A stretch of 64,000 bases of DNA from Pseudomonadota bacterium (GTDB lineage Bacteria > Pseudomonadota > Gammaproteobacteria > Burkholderiales > Methylophilaceae). This document shows positions 19,612 through 30,869 of the stretch, piece after piece (the first letter of the stretch is position 1; each line of letters starts with the position of its first letter). The DNA lies in the NCBI GenBank assembly GCA_046047035.1, contig JBJOIS010000002.1, forward strand, positions 1,101-65,100, written 5' to 3'. The notes under the pieces are model-generated. The model had not been told where the DNA came from and made no database searches. It worked only from the letters and a program-made list of their open reading frames with translations. The position numbers and the translations under genes are program-made.

Positions 19612-20354
19612 GTCGCTATATAGCATTGTTTGTGTTGTTTCTGAGTGCTTGTGCTACGCAACAAGGTTCTCGTGCTGGGTCTGCTGAGTCAAACAAACAT
19701 GAAAGTGCACGCATTCATGCTGAGTTAGGGGCTGGTTATTATCAGCAAAACGAGATGGCCCTGGCGCTTGAAGAGTTTACTAAATCGATTGAATTTGACC
19801 CTGGTTATTCATCAGGTTTTAATGGCTTGGCAATGACTTATGCTGCAATCAAAGAGGATGCTAATGCTGAAGCAAACTTCAAAAAATCAATTGCTTTAGA
19901 TGCGAAAAACTCTGAAGCGCATAACAATTACGGTTCATTCCTTTGCTCTAGAAATCGGATTGATGATTCTATTGTGCAATTTCAGGAAGCCGCAAATAAT
20001 CCACTTTATGTGACGCCCTTTATCGCATACACAAATGCTGGATATTGTTCACTTAAAAAATCAGACATCAACAGTGCCGAGCATTTTTTTAGTTTGGCCG
20101 TGCAGTATCAGCCATTGCTTCACAATACTGCATATCAGTTAGCTAAGATTTATTTCGATAAAAAACAGTACGAACTTGCTCAGCAAACGATGCGTAATGC
20201 ATTGGCATACAATCCCTCGCCTGAAATGTTATGGTTGGGGGTGAGAATAGAGCGTCAATTAGGCAATAAAGATGCGGAATCAAGCTATACGCTTGAGCTA
20301 AAGAGAAACTATCCTGATGCGCCGCAAACACAATCCTTATTATCTGGGAGTTGA
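19608..20354 (+). CDS. pilW: Type IV pilus biogenesis/stability TPR lipoprotein PilW (PilF-like)
   Basis: 248 aa. Lipobox LFLSAC and TPR repeats, in the conserved position between rlmN and rodZ. Confidence 0.75.
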   Translation: MSRYIALFVLFLSACATQQGSRAGSAESNKHESARIHAELGAGYYQQNEMALALEEFTKSIEFDPGYSSGFNGLAMTYAAIKEDANAEANFKKSIALDAKNSEAHNNYGSFLCSRNRIDDSIVQFQEAANNPLYVTPFIAYTNAGYCSLKKSDINSAEHFFSLAVQYQPLLHNTAYQLAKIYFDKKQYELAQQTMRNALAYNPSPEMLWLGVRIERQLGNKDAESSYTLELKRNYPDAPQTQSLLSGS

Positions 20355-21283
20355 TGATGGATCAAGAGGTGATGAGCAACCCATCAGTTGGGCTAGTTTT
20401 GCGTTCTGCCAGAGAAGCGCAAAAGTTAAGTATTGAAGAGCTGGCTTCTCGTTTGCGTTTGAGTGAAAAGCAAATTAATGCATTAGAAGCTGATGATTTC
20501 AGTATTTTTGGGAGTGCAATATTTGCTCGAGGATTTATCAGAGCTTATGCGAATTTTTTAACGCTTGATCCTCAGCCTTTGCTTGATGAGCACCTTAGAA
20601 TGTTTCCGCAAGATCAGTCGCAATCTATTACCTATAAAACTGATGATATCGTTAAATCAGGAAATTTTAATTTTCTTAAGTTTACAGGCTTAGCTTTAGG
20701 TGCTTTGTGTATTTTTGCTGTTGTTATTTGGGTGGCTTATAAGATTTGGGCTTATCAAGGCAACACAAATCCAGCGGATAATGTAACTCCGGCGGTCGGC
20801 ATTGAGCAGAACTCAAAATCAGAGCCTTTGCCGGAAGCTGCTTTACCAGCAGCAGAGCGTAAAGCTTCAGTGAATGATGGGACAATAGTCACTGAGATTG
20901 CATTGCCTAAAACTGCTGATATTGTAGATGCTGCACCAAAATCCGAGCTTAAAGCGCCTGCGGACAAGACTAAAGAACCGGCTACATCCATTGAATCCAC
21001 AAAATCTGAAGCAGTTAAACCTCAAGCTGTTGCCCCTGGCTCTGTCAGAGTAAAGCTTGTGTTGACTGGATCATCATGGATAGGTGTTCAAGACAAAAAT
21101 GGTAAAACGGTGTTTAGTAAGTTAGCTAAAGCGGGTGCTGAAGAGTATGTCGAGGGTTTGCCACCACTTAAATTCCATATTGGTAATGCGAGTGCCACCC
21201 AAGTGATTTTTAATGGTGAAACAATCGATTTGGCTCCGAACACCTATAACAATATGGCGCGTATTACAGTGGGTGACCATTAA
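20351..21283 (+). CDS. rodZ: Cytoskeleton protein RodZ (HTH-XRE, single TM helix, low-complexity linker)
   Basis: 310 aa. N-terminal HTH ([30 protein letters not shown]), a TM helix, a Pro/Ala/Lys-rich linker and a C-terminal DUF4115-like domain. It lies upstream of ispG. Confidence 0.85.
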   Translation: MMMDQEVMSNPSVGLVLRSAREAQKLSIEELASRLRLSEKQINALEADDFSIFGSAIFARGFIRAYANFLTLDPQPLLDEHLRMFPQDQSQSITYKTDDIVKSGNFNFLKFTGLALGALCIFAVVIWVAYKIWAYQGNTNPADNVTPAVGIEQNSKSEPLPEAALPAAERKASVNDGTIVTEIALPKTADIVDAAPKSELKAPADKTKEPATSIESTKSEAVKPQAVAPGSVRVKLVLTGSSWIGVQDKNGKTVFSKLAKAGAEEYVEGLPPLKFHIGNASATQVIFNGETIDLAPNTYNNMARITVGDH

Positions 21284-22560
21284 TGAGTGTTTCAAAATCA
21301 TTGATCGTTAGACGATTATGTCAGCAAGTGTTGGTAGGTAATGTTGCTGTTGGTGGAGGTGCCTCCGTTGTTGTGCAGTCTATGACTAACACAGATACAG
21401 CCGATGCAGCATCCACTGTGAATCAAATTATTGAGCTTTGGCAAGCAGGCTCTGAAATTGTGCGTATTACCGTTAACTCTCCAGAAGCTGCAGCGCAAGT
21501 AGCTAACATCCGCCAGCAATTAGATGCACAAGGTTGTTCAGTACCTTTGGTTGGCGACTTTCACTACAACGGTCATAAATTACTCAATACATATCCAGAA
21601 TGCGCTAAGGCTTTAGCAAAATACCGTATCAATCCTGGTAACGTGGGTAAAGGTTCTAAGCGTGACGACCAGTTCTCTGCCATGATTGAAACCGCGATTC
21701 AATACGATAAACCTGTGCGTATTGGCGTGAATTGGGGCAGTTTAGACCAAGAGAAAATGGCCAAGATGATGGATGAAAATGCTAAATCAGCTAATCCATT
21801 GTCATCAGATGCTTTGATGCGTGAAGCATTAATTCAATCAGCCCTTGAAAGCGCTGAGCAAGCCGAGGCAATTGGCTTGGCGCACGATAAAATCATCATT
21901 TCCTGCAAAGTGAGTGACGTGCAAGACTTAGTGCTTGTGTATCGTGATTTAGCCAAGCGTTGCGATTATCCATTGCATCTAGGCCTGACCGAGGCGGGGA
22001 TGGGTTCTAAAGGCATCGTCGCTTCTACGGCTGCACTTTCATTGCTTTTGCAAGAAGGTATCGGCGATACCATACGTGTCAGTTTAACGCCTGAGCCGGG
22101 TGAATCTCGCACTAAAGAGGTTGTAGTGGCGCAAGAGATTTTGCAGACCATGGGAATACGCTCATTTACGCCTTTGGTGACGGCTTGTCCAGGTTGTGGA
22201 CGCACTACATCAACCTATTTCCAAGAGTTAGCACAAGATATTCAGCGCTACTTACGTGAGCAAATGCCTGTATGGCGTAAGCAGTATCCTGGCGTTGAGT
22301 CGATGAGCGTAGCGGTGATGGGGTGTGTGGTTAATGGCCCTGGTGAATCTAAATTAGCTAATATTGGCATCAGCTTGCCGGGCACAGGTGAAGTGCCAGT
22401 CGCGCCTGTATTTGTGGATGGCGAAAAGACAGTCACGCTTAAAGGTGATGCCATTGCGCAAGAGTTTCAATCTATCGTTGAGCATTATGTTGCACAAAAC
22501 TACGCCGAAGGTGGCAAGCTTCGAAGTCAGTCTAAAACAATTCCGATTCAATCAATTTAA
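21283..22560 (+). CDS. ispG: 4-hydroxy-3-methylbut-2-enyl diphosphate synthase IspG
   Basis: 425 aa. VQSMTNT, RINPGN, and the Fe-S cysteines CPGCGRT and GCVVNGPGE. Confidence 0.96.
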   Translation: MSVSKSLIVRRLCQQVLVGNVAVGGGASVVVQSMTNTDTADAASTVNQIIELWQAGSEIVRITVNSPEAAAQVANIRQQLDAQGCSVPLVGDFHYNGHKLLNTYPECAKALAKYRINPGNVGKGSKRDDQFSAMIETAIQYDKPVRIGVNWGSLDQEKMAKMMDENAKSANPLSSDALMREALIQSALESAEQAEAIGLAHDKIIISCKVSDVQDLVLVYRDLAKRCDYPLHLGLTEAGMGSKGIVASTAALSLLLQEGIGDTIRVSLTPEPGESRTKEVVVAQEILQTMGIRSFTPLVTACPGCGRTTSTYFQELAQDIQRYLREQMPVWRKQYPGVESMSVAVMGCVVNGPGESKLANIGISLPGTGEVPVAPVFVDGEKTVTLKGDAIAQEFQSIVEHYVAQNYAEGGKLRSQSKTIPIQSI

Positions 22561-22578
22561 TCATTCGCCTAAGTATTT

Positions 22579-23853
22579 ATGACGCAACAAACTAAAAACA
22601 CTAAATTCCAAAGCATTAAGGGCTTTTACGACATCCTGCCTGAGATGACACCGCTATGGCAAAAGCTAGAAGACACGGCTCGTCTAGTTCTTAGCCAATA
22701 TGGTTACCGCAATATTCGTATGCCTATCGTAGAGCCTACGGACTTATTCATTCGTAGTGTGGGAGAGCATACTGATATCGTCGAAAAAGAAATGTACTCA
22801 TGGGAAGACGCACTGAATGGCGATAAGCTGACATTGCGCCCAGAGGGGACTGCTGGATGTGTGCGGGCGGTGGTGGAGCATAGTCTCACCTACAATGGCC
22901 CGCAACGCCTTTGGTACACAGGGCCAATGTTTAGACATGAAAACGTCCAAAAAGGACGCCAACGTCAATTCCATCAAATCGGGGTTGAAGCCTTTGGCTT
23001 TGATGGCCCTGATGTGGATGCTGAACAAATTATTTTACTAGCACGCTTATGGAAAGCCCTTGGTATTGCTGACGTTGAACTGCAACTAAACAGCATAGGC
23101 GATGCGGATGAGCGTGCGGAATTTAGAAAGTCGCTGATTACCTATTTTGAGCAACATACTGAATTGCTTGATGAAGATGCGAAACGTCGCTTACACAGCA
23201 ATCCGCTGCGTATTTTGGATAGTAAAAACCCACGTATGCAAGACATGATAGAAGGCGCACCAAAACTTATTGACCATTTGGGAGATGAAACTCGTGCGCA
23301 TTTTGTTGGTCTGTGTAATAGATTGGATGCGGTAGGCATTGCTTACAAGCTCAATCCAAGACTGGTGCGCGGTTTAGATTATTACAATCGCACCGTGTTT
23401 GAGTGGGTGACGACGAAGCTTGGTAGTCAAGGCACTATTGCAGGTGGCGGACGTTATGACAGCTTAGTGGCGCGGCTTGGCGGTGACGCAACGCCTGCTT
23501 GTGGTTTTGGTATTGGCTTAGAACGCGTATTTTTGTTGATGCAAGAGTATGGCGTCACTGCTGAATCTAACCCTGATGCTTATTTAGTGAACGTCGGTGA
23601 GTTGGCAGAAGCCGCTTCAGCGAAGCTTGCAGAGACGTTACGCGACGCAGGTTTGTCTGTCGTTACTCACGCTGGTGGCGGTAGCTTTAAGTCGCAAATG
23701 AAAAAAGCCGATAGAAGCGGTGCGCGATTTGCGCTGATTTTGGGTGATGATGAAGTGCAAGCGAATCAAATTGCAGTAAAACCGATGTTAGGTGCTGGTG
23801 AGCAAGTCAAAGTTGACTTGGCACAAGCAATTACTTTACTAAAAACGAATTAA
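22579..23853 (+). CDS. hisS: Histidine--tRNA ligase
   Basis: 424 aa. Class II motifs …LRPEGTA…, RQFHQ.G.E and GGGRYD; a C-terminal anticodon-binding domain. Confidence 0.96.
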   Translation: MTQQTKNTKFQSIKGFYDILPEMTPLWQKLEDTARLVLSQYGYRNIRMPIVEPTDLFIRSVGEHTDIVEKEMYSWEDALNGDKLTLRPEGTAGCVRAVVEHSLTYNGPQRLWYTGPMFRHENVQKGRQRQFHQIGVEAFGFDGPDVDAEQIILLARLWKALGIADVELQLNSIGDADERAEFRKSLITYFEQHTELLDEDAKRRLHSNPLRILDSKNPRMQDMIEGAPKLIDHLGDETRAHFVGLCNRLDAVGIAYKLNPRLVRGLDYYNRTVFEWVTTKLGSQGTIAGGGRYDSLVARLGGDATPACGFGIGLERVFLLMQEYGVTAESNPDAYLVNVGELAEAASAKLAETLRDAGLSVVTHAGGGSFKSQMKKADRSGARFALILGDDEVQANQIAVKPMLGAGEQVKVDLAQAITLLKTN

Positions 23854-23862
23854 ATAGGTGCT

Positions 23863-24702
23863 ATGGCCGAACTCCTCAAAATTGAAGATCTGACGATTTG
23901 CCCAGCTAGTGCGCCGAGTCGCAAGCTGGTGAGTAACGTGTCGTTTTCAATTGAACCCGCTAAGACTACCTGTGTGGTTGGGGAATCGGGGAGTGGTAAG
24001 AGTTTAACAGCGCTTTCAGTCATGGGATTATTATCCAAGCAATTAGTACGAACCCATGGCCGTGTTTTATTTCAAGGTCAAGATTTGGCGGATTTAAGTA
24101 CTGAAGAAATGCGCAAAATTCGTGGTCGTCAAATCGGCATGATTTTCCAAGAACCAATGACCTCACTCAACCCTGTGTTGACGATAGGTTTTCAAATAGG
24201 CGAGCCGCTCACTGTCCATCTTGGTCTTAAGGGTGATGTATTAAAAGCAAAAGTGGCTGCATTGCTAGAACAGGTCGGCATTCCAGCTCATCGTGCAAAT
24301 AGCTATCCAGATGAGTTGTCGGGTGGTCAAAGACAGCGTGTGATGATTGCGATGAGTATCGCTTGCGAGCCACTCATGTTGATTGCGGACGAGCCAACAA
24401 CAGCTTTAGATGTCACGGTTCAAGCGCAGATTTTAAGTTTGTTAGATAACCTAAAAACTAGTATGAATATGGGTATGTTGCTCATTACACATGATTTTGG
24501 CGTGGTGGCGGATGTGGCCGATGATGTCGTCGTGATGTTCCGCGGCGAAGTAGTAGAAGCGGGCTCAGTGGCACAGGTATTAAATAAGCCTAAACATCCA
24601 TACACAAAAGCATTGTTGGCTTGTGTGCCAGATGCGGAAGGTAAAAAACCACTTAAGCCCATTGATTACGCATGGCTTAAAAATGAACAGGTGCCAGCAT
24701 GA
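23863..24702 (+). CDS. ABC transporter ATP-binding protein, OppD/DppD type
   Basis: 279 aa. Walker A GESGSGKS, signature LSGGQRQR, Walker B LIADEPTTALD, and a C-terminal KHPYTKALL (oligo_HPY-type) extension. Confidence 0.9.
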   Translation: MAELLKIEDLTICPASAPSRKLVSNVSFSIEPAKTTCVVGESGSGKSLTALSVMGLLSKQLVRTHGRVLFQGQDLADLSTEEMRKIRGRQIGMIFQEPMTSLNPVLTIGFQIGEPLTVHLGLKGDVLKAKVAALLEQVGIPAHRANSYPDELSGGQRQRVMIAMSIACEPLMLIADEPTTALDVTVQAQILSLLDNLKTSMNMGMLLITHDFGVVADVADDVVVMFRGEVVEAGSVAQVLNKPKHPYTKALLACVPDAEGKKPLKPIDYAWLKNEQVPA

Positions 24703-25502
24703 GCGAGTTTATTTTAAAAGCGCGAGATCTCAATAAATTTTACACGCAGCGTTCGGGCCGCTTTGGTTTTGGTACGACACAAGTGAAAGCTCTGGATAAT
24801 GTCAGCTTGGAATTGCGTCATGCCAGCACTTTGGCTGTGGTAGGAGAATCTGGCAGTGGCAAATCCACGTTGGCGAGATGTCTGTTACAATTGCAACCCT
24901 TGGATGGCGGTTCTGTATTTTTCCAAGGCCGCGACTTGGCTGATTTGTCTGCAAGTGAGTTAAGACGTCAGCGTCGTCATTTGCAAATGATTTTCCAAGA
25001 CCCTTTTGCATCACTTAACCCTCGAATGAAGGTGGGTGAGATTGTAGAGGAGGGCTTGTTAATTCATGGTTTAGGCACAAAAGACGAGCGTTTTGAAAAA
25101 GCATTAAAAATGCTGAAACGTGTTGGTCTAGCAGAATCAGATATGAGCAAATACCCACATGAGTTTTCAGGTGGGCAGCGTCAGCGAATTGGAATCGCAC
25201 GTGCTTTGGTGCTTGAGCCTAAAGTAGTGGTCTGCGATGAGCCGGTTTCTGCTCTAGATGTGTCGATACAAGCCCAGATTTTGTTGTTGTTAAAAGAACT
25301 GCAACAAGAGATGTCTTTAAGCTACATCTTTATCAGCCATGATTTGCGCGTAGTGCGTCATATTGCGGATGAAATAGCAGTGATGCATCAAGGTAAAATT
25401 GTTGAAAAGGGAAATATTCAAGAAGTTTATGAGTCACCTAAACAACAATATACCCAGAATTTACTAAAAGCGATTCCGGGTCAAAAAAGACAAGTTGCTT
25501 GA
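24699..25502 (+). CDS. ABC transporter ATP-binding protein, OppF/DppF type
   Basis: 267 aa. Walker A GESGSGKST, signature FSGGQRQR and Walker B VVCDEPVSALD. The start overlaps the previous stop (ATGA). Confidence 0.9.
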   Translation: MSEFILKARDLNKFYTQRSGRFGFGTTQVKALDNVSLELRHASTLAVVGESGSGKSTLARCLLQLQPLDGGSVFFQGRDLADLSASELRRQRRHLQMIFQDPFASLNPRMKVGEIVEEGLLIHGLGTKDERFEKALKMLKRVGLAESDMSKYPHEFSGGQRQRIGIARALVLEPKVVVCDEPVSALDVSIQAQILLLLKELQQEMSLSYIFISHDLRVVRHIADEIAVMHQGKIVEKGNIQEVYESPKQQYTQNLLKAIPGQKRQVA

Positions 25503-25557
25503 ATATTTGGTATTTGATTTAAGTGTTTGATTAATAATGGTGTTTTAGGGAATTAGC

Positions 25558-26193
25558 ATGGCATACGATTTAGAAGAACAAGAGCAGTTAGACGAGTTTA
25601 AGGCTTGGTGGAAATTGCATGGTCAAAAAGTGGTGACATTAGTGACCGTTTTGGTGGTTGCTTACTTGGGATATCAAGGTTGGCACTACTATCAAACACA
25701 ACAGTCATTAAAAGCTTCAACGCAATATGAGAACTTGGTAAAACTTGATATAACAGACGCTAAAAACCTAAAGGCGATTCAAACACTTTCAGGTGAGTTG
25801 ATGGATAAATACTCAAGCACACCATATGCTGGCCGAGCAGCTCTCACAGCAGCCAAAGCCAATTTTCAAGCGAAAGAATTTAAAAGCGCCAAATCACAAT
25901 TAGAGTGGGCGGCAGACCATGCTAAGGAAGATGCTATTCAAGCGATGGCGTTGCTTGAGTTAGCTTCATTGCAAGTGGAAGAAAAAGATTACGCTGGCGC
26001 GCTTAAAACATTGGCTGAAAAGCATACAACAGGCTTTGATGGTCTATTTGCTGACTTAAAAGGTGATGTGTTAGTTGCGCAAGGTAAACCTACAGAAGCT
26101 AAAGTGGCTTATAAAGAAGCGCTTGAAAAGCTTGACCCGCAAGGTCATCTATTAAAATTCACACAACATAAATTAGAAGCGCTGGGGAACTAG
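25558..26193 (+). CDS. yfgM: YfgM-family membrane-anchored TPR protein
   Basis: 211 aa. N-terminal …EEQEQLDEFKAWWKLHG followed by a TM helix and a TPR-like periplasmic part, in the conserved position upstream of bamB. Confidence 0.8.
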   Translation: MAYDLEEQEQLDEFKAWWKLHGQKVVTLVTVLVVAYLGYQGWHYYQTQQSLKASTQYENLVKLDITDAKNLKAIQTLSGELMDKYSSTPYAGRAALTAAKANFQAKEFKSAKSQLEWAADHAKEDAIQAMALLELASLQVEEKDYAGALKTLAEKHTTGFDGLFADLKGDVLVAQGKPTEAKVAYKEALEKLDPQGHLLKFTQHKLEALGN

Positions 26194-27365
26194 TGTTGAG
26201 ACTGCTTAAAATAGCGTTGCTATTAAGCGCTTTTGCGCTAAGTGCATGTTCATCAATGACGGATCTGAAAGATGATTTGTCGGAGCGTTTGTTCGGTCGT
26301 GAAAGCAATGAAACGCCTTCTGAACTAAACGATATAAAAACCACAGCGCAAGTGAAGGTGCTTTGGAGTGCCCATTTAGGCGATAGCTTTGACGCTGACT
26401 TTACAACTGTTTCAGACAATGGCTTTGTCTATGCTGCAAGTGCAAACGGTGAGCTCGCTAAATTAAGTGTTGCCGATGGCAAGCAAGCTTGGCGTATTAA
26501 CACGGGTGAGCCTATTTCTGGCGGTGTTGGCCTGGGTGCTAATTTGTTGTTGTTAGGCACATCTAAAGGTTATGTTTTGGCTTACGATTTGTCAGGAAAA
26601 TTGCTCTGGAAATCTAAGGTAAGCAGTCAAGTATTGAGTGCGCCAAAAGTTGGTTATGATGTCGTCGTCGTGCGTTGCGGTGATAGCCGCATATACGGAT
26701 TAAATGTTGCTGACGGAGCTAGAAAGTGGGTTTATGAGCGTGCAACACCTGCTTTGTCATTGAGAAGTAGCGCTGGAGTGGCTGTTGATGGTGGCGCAGC
26801 TTACGCTGGGTTTGCTGGCGGGAAACTCATCGCATTGCGTGTTGAAGACGGCAAAGTGATTTGGGAAGTATCAGTGGCACAACCTAAAGGCACAACAGAA
26901 ATTGAGCGTATTGCTGATATTACAAGTTTGCCTGTGGTAGACGGTAGCTTAGTTTATGCGGTTGCTTATCAAGGGAAAATTGCTGCAATTGACCGCGCTA
27001 CAGGTCGTGTGGCGTGGGCTCGTGATATTTCAAGTTATACCGGCTTGGGCGCGGAAGATGCCAAAGTATTTGTTTCTCATTCTGGTAGCGCGATCTACTC
27101 ATTGGATTACAGCACAGGTAAAACTTTCTGGCGTCAGGGTGATTTGAAACAACGTCGCGTCACAGCGCCATTGCCAATGGGCAGTTTAATCGCTGTAGGT
27201 GATGTTGAAGGCTATGTACACTTTTTAAGTCGCGAAGATGGTAGCTTCTCCGCAAGACTTCAGACCGAAAATGCGGCGATTATGCCGCAAATGCTAGCTG
27301 TAGGCTCTAGCACGCTCATTGCACAAACCCGTAAAGGTGGCATTTACGCCATCTCAATTAAGTAG
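26193..27365 (+). CDS. bamB: Outer membrane protein assembly factor BamB
   Basis: 390 aa. Lipobox FALSAC and PQQ-like beta-propeller repeats, between yfgM and der. Confidence 0.9.
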   Translation: MLRLLKIALLLSAFALSACSSMTDLKDDLSERLFGRESNETPSELNDIKTTAQVKVLWSAHLGDSFDADFTTVSDNGFVYAASANGELAKLSVADGKQAWRINTGEPISGGVGLGANLLLLGTSKGYVLAYDLSGKLLWKSKVSSQVLSAPKVGYDVVVVRCGDSRIYGLNVADGARKWVYERATPALSLRSSAGVAVDGGAAYAGFAGGKLIALRVEDGKVIWEVSVAQPKGTTEIERIADITSLPVVDGSLVYAVAYQGKIAAIDRATGRVAWARDISSYTGLGAEDAKVFVSHSGSAIYSLDYSTGKTFWRQGDLKQRRVTAPLPMGSLIAVGDVEGYVHFLSREDGSFSARLQTENAAIMPQMLAVGSSTLIAQTRKGGIYAISIK

Positions 27366-27367
27366 TT

Positions 27368-28855
27368 ATGTTACCCACCATTGTTCTCGTAGGTCGACCA
27401 AACGTCGGCAAATCAACCCTTTTTAATCGACTCACCAAAAGCCGTGATGCGCTAGTGGCGGACCTCCCGGGTCTGACACGTGACCGTCATTATGGCCGTG
27501 GTGTGGGTGGTGATAAGCCTTATCTAGTAGTTGATACAGGCGGCTTCGAACCCACTGCAGAATCAGGCATCATGAAAGAAATGGCTCGCCAAACGTTGCT
27601 TGCCATTGATGAAGCGGACGTCATTATTTTTGTGGTGGATGGCCGTCAAGGGGTTAGTCCACAAGATAAAGTTATTGCTAATCGGTTACGCAAGAGTCAG
27701 CGCCCAGTCTTGCTTGCCGTGAATAAAACAGAAGGCATGCAGCGCGCTGTAGTCAGTGCGGAGTTCCATGAATTGGGCTTGGGTGATCCATTATCTATTT
27801 CATCAGCACACGGTGAAGGGGTGCGTGACCTTGTTGAATTGGCGCTTGAGCCTTTTGCTGAGCCAGATGATGCGCTGCCATTTAATGAAGAAGACGCCCC
27901 TAAAGTCGCAATTGTTGGACGTCCGAATGTAGGTAAATCAACACTTGTGAATGCTTTGCTTGGTGAAGAACGTGTGATTGCGTTTGACCAACCAGGCACA
28001 ACGCGTGATTCAATCTATATTGATTTAGAGAAAAACGGCAAGCATTACACGATTATTGACACCGCTGGTGTGCGCAAGCGCGGCAAAGTATTTGAAGCGA
28101 TTGAGAAGTTCTCAGTCATCAAGACGATTCAAGCGATTGAAGAGGCGAACGTCGCTATTTTGGTGGTAGATGCCCAAGAAGGCATTACAGAACAAGATGC
28201 GCACGTTGCAGCATATATCCTTGAAACAGGCCGTGCTTTGGTGGTCGCCATCAATAAATGGGATGGCTTGAAAGAAGATGAGCGCGACTGGATTAAGCGA
28301 GAAATCGACCGCAAGCTTCAATTTTTAGACTTCGCAAAATTCCATTACATTTCAGCATTGCGCAAAAAAGGCTTGCCAGAACTATTCACCTCAGTAGATG
28401 GCGCTTACAAGGCGGCAATGGCTAAGCTTTCAACACCCCAATTGACGCGTGTTTTAATTGATGCGATTGCGCAACATCAACCTCCAATTAGCAAAGGCAT
28501 TCGTCCTAAGCTACGTTATGCTCATCAAGGCGGAAGTAATCCGCCGATTGTCGTGATTCATGGTAATCACGTGGATGGTGTTAAAGATACTTACAAGCGT
28601 TTTTTAGAGGGCGTATTCCGCAAGACATTCCAGCTAACAGGTACACCTTTGAGAGTGCAGTTTAATCAGGGTGACAATCCATTTGCTGAGCCAGATAAGC
28701 GTGTTCAGGGTGAAGGTATTGTGAGTATGCGTAGACGTAAGACTGCTCAACGTGCTGAATTAAATGCACGTAAGAATGATGAAGTTAAGCAAGGAAGGCA
28801 CAAAGCTTCTGGGCTTGAGATTGCCAAGAGAGCGCCAAAGAAAAAGCGGCCTTAG
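27368..28855 (+). CDS. der: Ribosome-associated GTPase Der (EngA)
   Basis: 495 aa with two tandem GTPase domains ([12 protein letters not shown] and [28 protein letters not shown]), a KH-like domain and a basic tail. Confidence 0.96.
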   Translation: MLPTIVLVGRPNVGKSTLFNRLTKSRDALVADLPGLTRDRHYGRGVGGDKPYLVVDTGGFEPTAESGIMKEMARQTLLAIDEADVIIFVVDGRQGVSPQDKVIANRLRKSQRPVLLAVNKTEGMQRAVVSAEFHELGLGDPLSISSAHGEGVRDLVELALEPFAEPDDALPFNEEDAPKVAIVGRPNVGKSTLVNALLGEERVIAFDQPGTTRDSIYIDLEKNGKHYTIIDTAGVRKRGKVFEAIEKFSVIKTIQAIEEANVAILVVDAQEGITEQDAHVAAYILETGRALVVAINKWDGLKEDERDWIKREIDRKLQFLDFAKFHYISALRKKGLPELFTSVDGAYKAAMAKLSTPQLTRVLIDAIAQHQPPISKGIRPKLRYAHQGGSNPPIVVIHGNHVDGVKDTYKRFLEGVFRKTFQLTGTPLRVQFNQGDNPFAEPDKRVQGEGIVSMRRRKTAQRAELNARKNDEVKQGRHKASGLEIAKRAPKKKRP

Positions 28856-28872
28856 GCTAAGGTAGTGACAAT

Positions 28873-28910
28873 AAAAAAGCACCGCCAATATCGCGGTGCT
28901 TAATTTTTTA
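28873..28910. terminator. Bidirectional terminator between der and bamD
   Basis: AAAAAAGCACCGC-caatatc-GCGGTGCTTAATTTTTT. Confidence 0.75.
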
Positions 28911-28934
28911 TACTACTTAGATTTAGTTAATCTT

Positions 28935-29735
28935 TTATAAACTATCCCAGAATTTCCACCATACACGTTCATCTTCAGGAACGCCTTTACCAAGCATTTT
29001 GCTCTCTGGGTAGTTGGTTTTAAGAACGCGCATCGTGTCTTCCTTTAAATCTTGCATATTAAGGAAATCATAAGCGCTCACCATGATGACAAGTGCTTCT
29101 TCTAAGCTTGTTGATTGTGGGTAGTTCTCAAGGACAAATTTGCAACGATTAACAGAGGCGAGATAAGCTTGGCGCTTCATGTAGTAACGAGCAACGTGAA
29201 GCTCGTGTGCGGCTAGTGCGTTAACAAGATAGGTCATGCGTAAAGCACTATCTTTTGCATAACGGCTATCTGGGTAGCGAGTAATAAGCTCCTTAAATGC
29301 TAAGAATGATGCATTCATCGCTTTAGGATCGCGGTCATTAATTTCTTGGCTAGTGAGTTTATCAACAACGCCACGCTCAGTGAAGCTGGCTAGGCCACGC
29401 ATGTAGTAAGCGTAGTCAACGTTAGGATGGTTAGGATGGAGCTTGATAAAGCGCTCCGCCGCAGCAGTACATGAAACAGGGTCTGACTTTTTGTAGTAAG
29501 CGTAAGCTGTTTCTAACTGAGCTTGAGCAGCATATTTGCCGTGAGGGTAACGAGACTCTAAGATTTTGAAATACTTAATGGCTTTTTCGTAGTCGCGGTC
29601 ACGCATTTTAGTGTCAGCTTCTTGGTAGATACGTTCGGCTTGCCAGTTTTTGGTTTCGTCAAGTTCCGTTGGTGCACCAAAAATACTACAACCTGTGAGC
29701 CATATTGCTACAAAAAACGCTAAACTGTATTTCAT
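28935..29735 (-). CDS. bamD: Outer membrane protein assembly factor BamD
   Basis: 266 aa. Lipobox WLTGCS and TPR-like repeats, divergent from rluD as in E. coli. Confidence 0.9.
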   Translation of the reverse strand: MKYSLAFFVAIWLTGCSIFGAPTELDETKNWQAERIYQEADTKMRDRDYEKAIKYFKILESRYPHGKYAAQAQLETAYAYYKKSDPVSCTAAAERFIKLHPNHPNVDYAYYMRGLASFTERGVVDKLTSQEINDRDPKAMNASFLAFKELITRYPDSRYAKDSALRMTYLVNALAAHELHVARYYMKRQAYLASVNRCKFVLENYPQSTSLEEALVIMVSAYDFLNMQDLKEDTMRVLKTNYPESKMLGKGVPEDERVWWKFWDSL

Positions 29736-29789
29736 TTATTTGAATACCTAAAAAATTTGATTGATTTAACTTTTAACTGATTATAACTG

Positions 29790-30869
29790 ATGACACAAAA
29801 CACACCTATTGCTCTTATTATCCCACAAGATTTGGGAGGATTGCGCTTGGATCAAGCATTACAACGCATTTTGCCAGAGCATTCACGATCACGACTTCAA
29901 TCTTGGATTAAAGAAGGTTTGGTGACCTTAAATGGCGAGGCTAGTACCTCTAAAAGCAAAGTGTGGGGTGGTGAAAAGGTATTGGTGCACGCCAAAGAAA
30001 AGCCAGAGGCAAGTGCATTTATTGCGCAAGATATTCCGCTCAATGTTGTGTATGAAGACGACGATATTTTAGTGATTAACAAACCCGCTGGTATGGTTGT
30101 GCATCCTGCCGCAGGTAATTGGGATGGCACTTTGCTTAATGCCATTTTGCATCATGTTCCACATGCTAAAGATTTGCCTCGGGCAGGGATTGTGCATCGA
30201 TTAGACAAGGATACAAGCGGCTTGCTGGTGGTTGCGAAAACATTAGCTGCGCAAACCAGCCTTGTGCGTCAGTTGCAGGCTCGCACCGTAAAACGTGAAT
30301 ATCGCACTATTGTTTGGGGGCAGGTATGGCGTAACGGCAAGATAGATCAGCCCATTGGTCGCCACTCCCATTCTCGTACCAAAATGGCGATTAACAAGAT
30401 GGGTAAGCCAGCCGTGACACGCTATGAAGTGTTGGAACGGTTCGCTGTGCATACGTATATGCGTTGTAATTTGGAGACGGGCCGCACGCATCAAATTCGC
30501 GTTCACATGCAATTTTTAAAAGCGCCTATTGTTGGTGACTCTGTTTATGGCTACAAAGGGATAATTCCGCTAAGAGCCATGACGCAAACGCTCAAAGACT
30601 TTGTTCAGGGCTTTGATAGACAAGCACTACATGCCATTAAATTGGGCTTAGTTCATCCCGCCTCTAACGAGCCGATGGAATGGCAAATTGATTTGGCTGA
30701 CGATATGAAAGCTTTATTAGAAGCCATGCGTCATGAAGACGCACCGCTTGAAGAACCGTTTGAGTTTAGTGAAGATCCTTATTTGTCAGATGAAGATTAC
30801 GAAGATGACGACTTTGACGACGAGGCTGATTTGGAGCCGCTTGAAGAAGGTGAAGAGGATATTGAGTAA
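29790..30869 (+). CDS. rluD: 23S rRNA pseudouridine synthase RluD, with an acidic C-terminal tail
   Basis: 359 aa. N-terminal S4 domain and the catalytic HRLDKDTSGLL motif. The last ~40 residues are almost entirely D/E. Confidence 0.93.
   Translation: MTQNTPIALIIPQDLGGLRLDQALQRILPEHSRSRLQSWIKEGLVTLNGEASTSKSKVWGGEKVLVHAKEKPEASAFIAQDIPLNVVYEDDDILVINKPAGMVVHPAAGNWDGTLLNAILHHVPHAKDLPRAGIVHRLDKDTSGLLVVAKTLAAQTSLVRQLQARTVKREYRTIVWGQVWRNGKIDQPIGRHSHSRTKMAINKMGKPAVTRYEVLERFAVHTYMRCNLETGRTHQIRVHMQFLKAPIVGDSVYGYKGIIPLRAMTQTLKDFVQGFDRQALHAIKLGLVHPASNEPMEWQIDLADDMKALLEAMRHEDAPLEEPFEFSEDPYLSDEDYEDDDFDDEADLEPLEEGEEDIE

Noticed and set aside
30733-30861. A long N-terminal extension of the pgeF/yfiH ORF overlapping rluD.
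   Set aside because: It is the alternative-frame reading of the GA-rich acidic-tail codons of rluD (K/M/T-rich nonsense). Homology to YfiH starts at the TTG at 30862.
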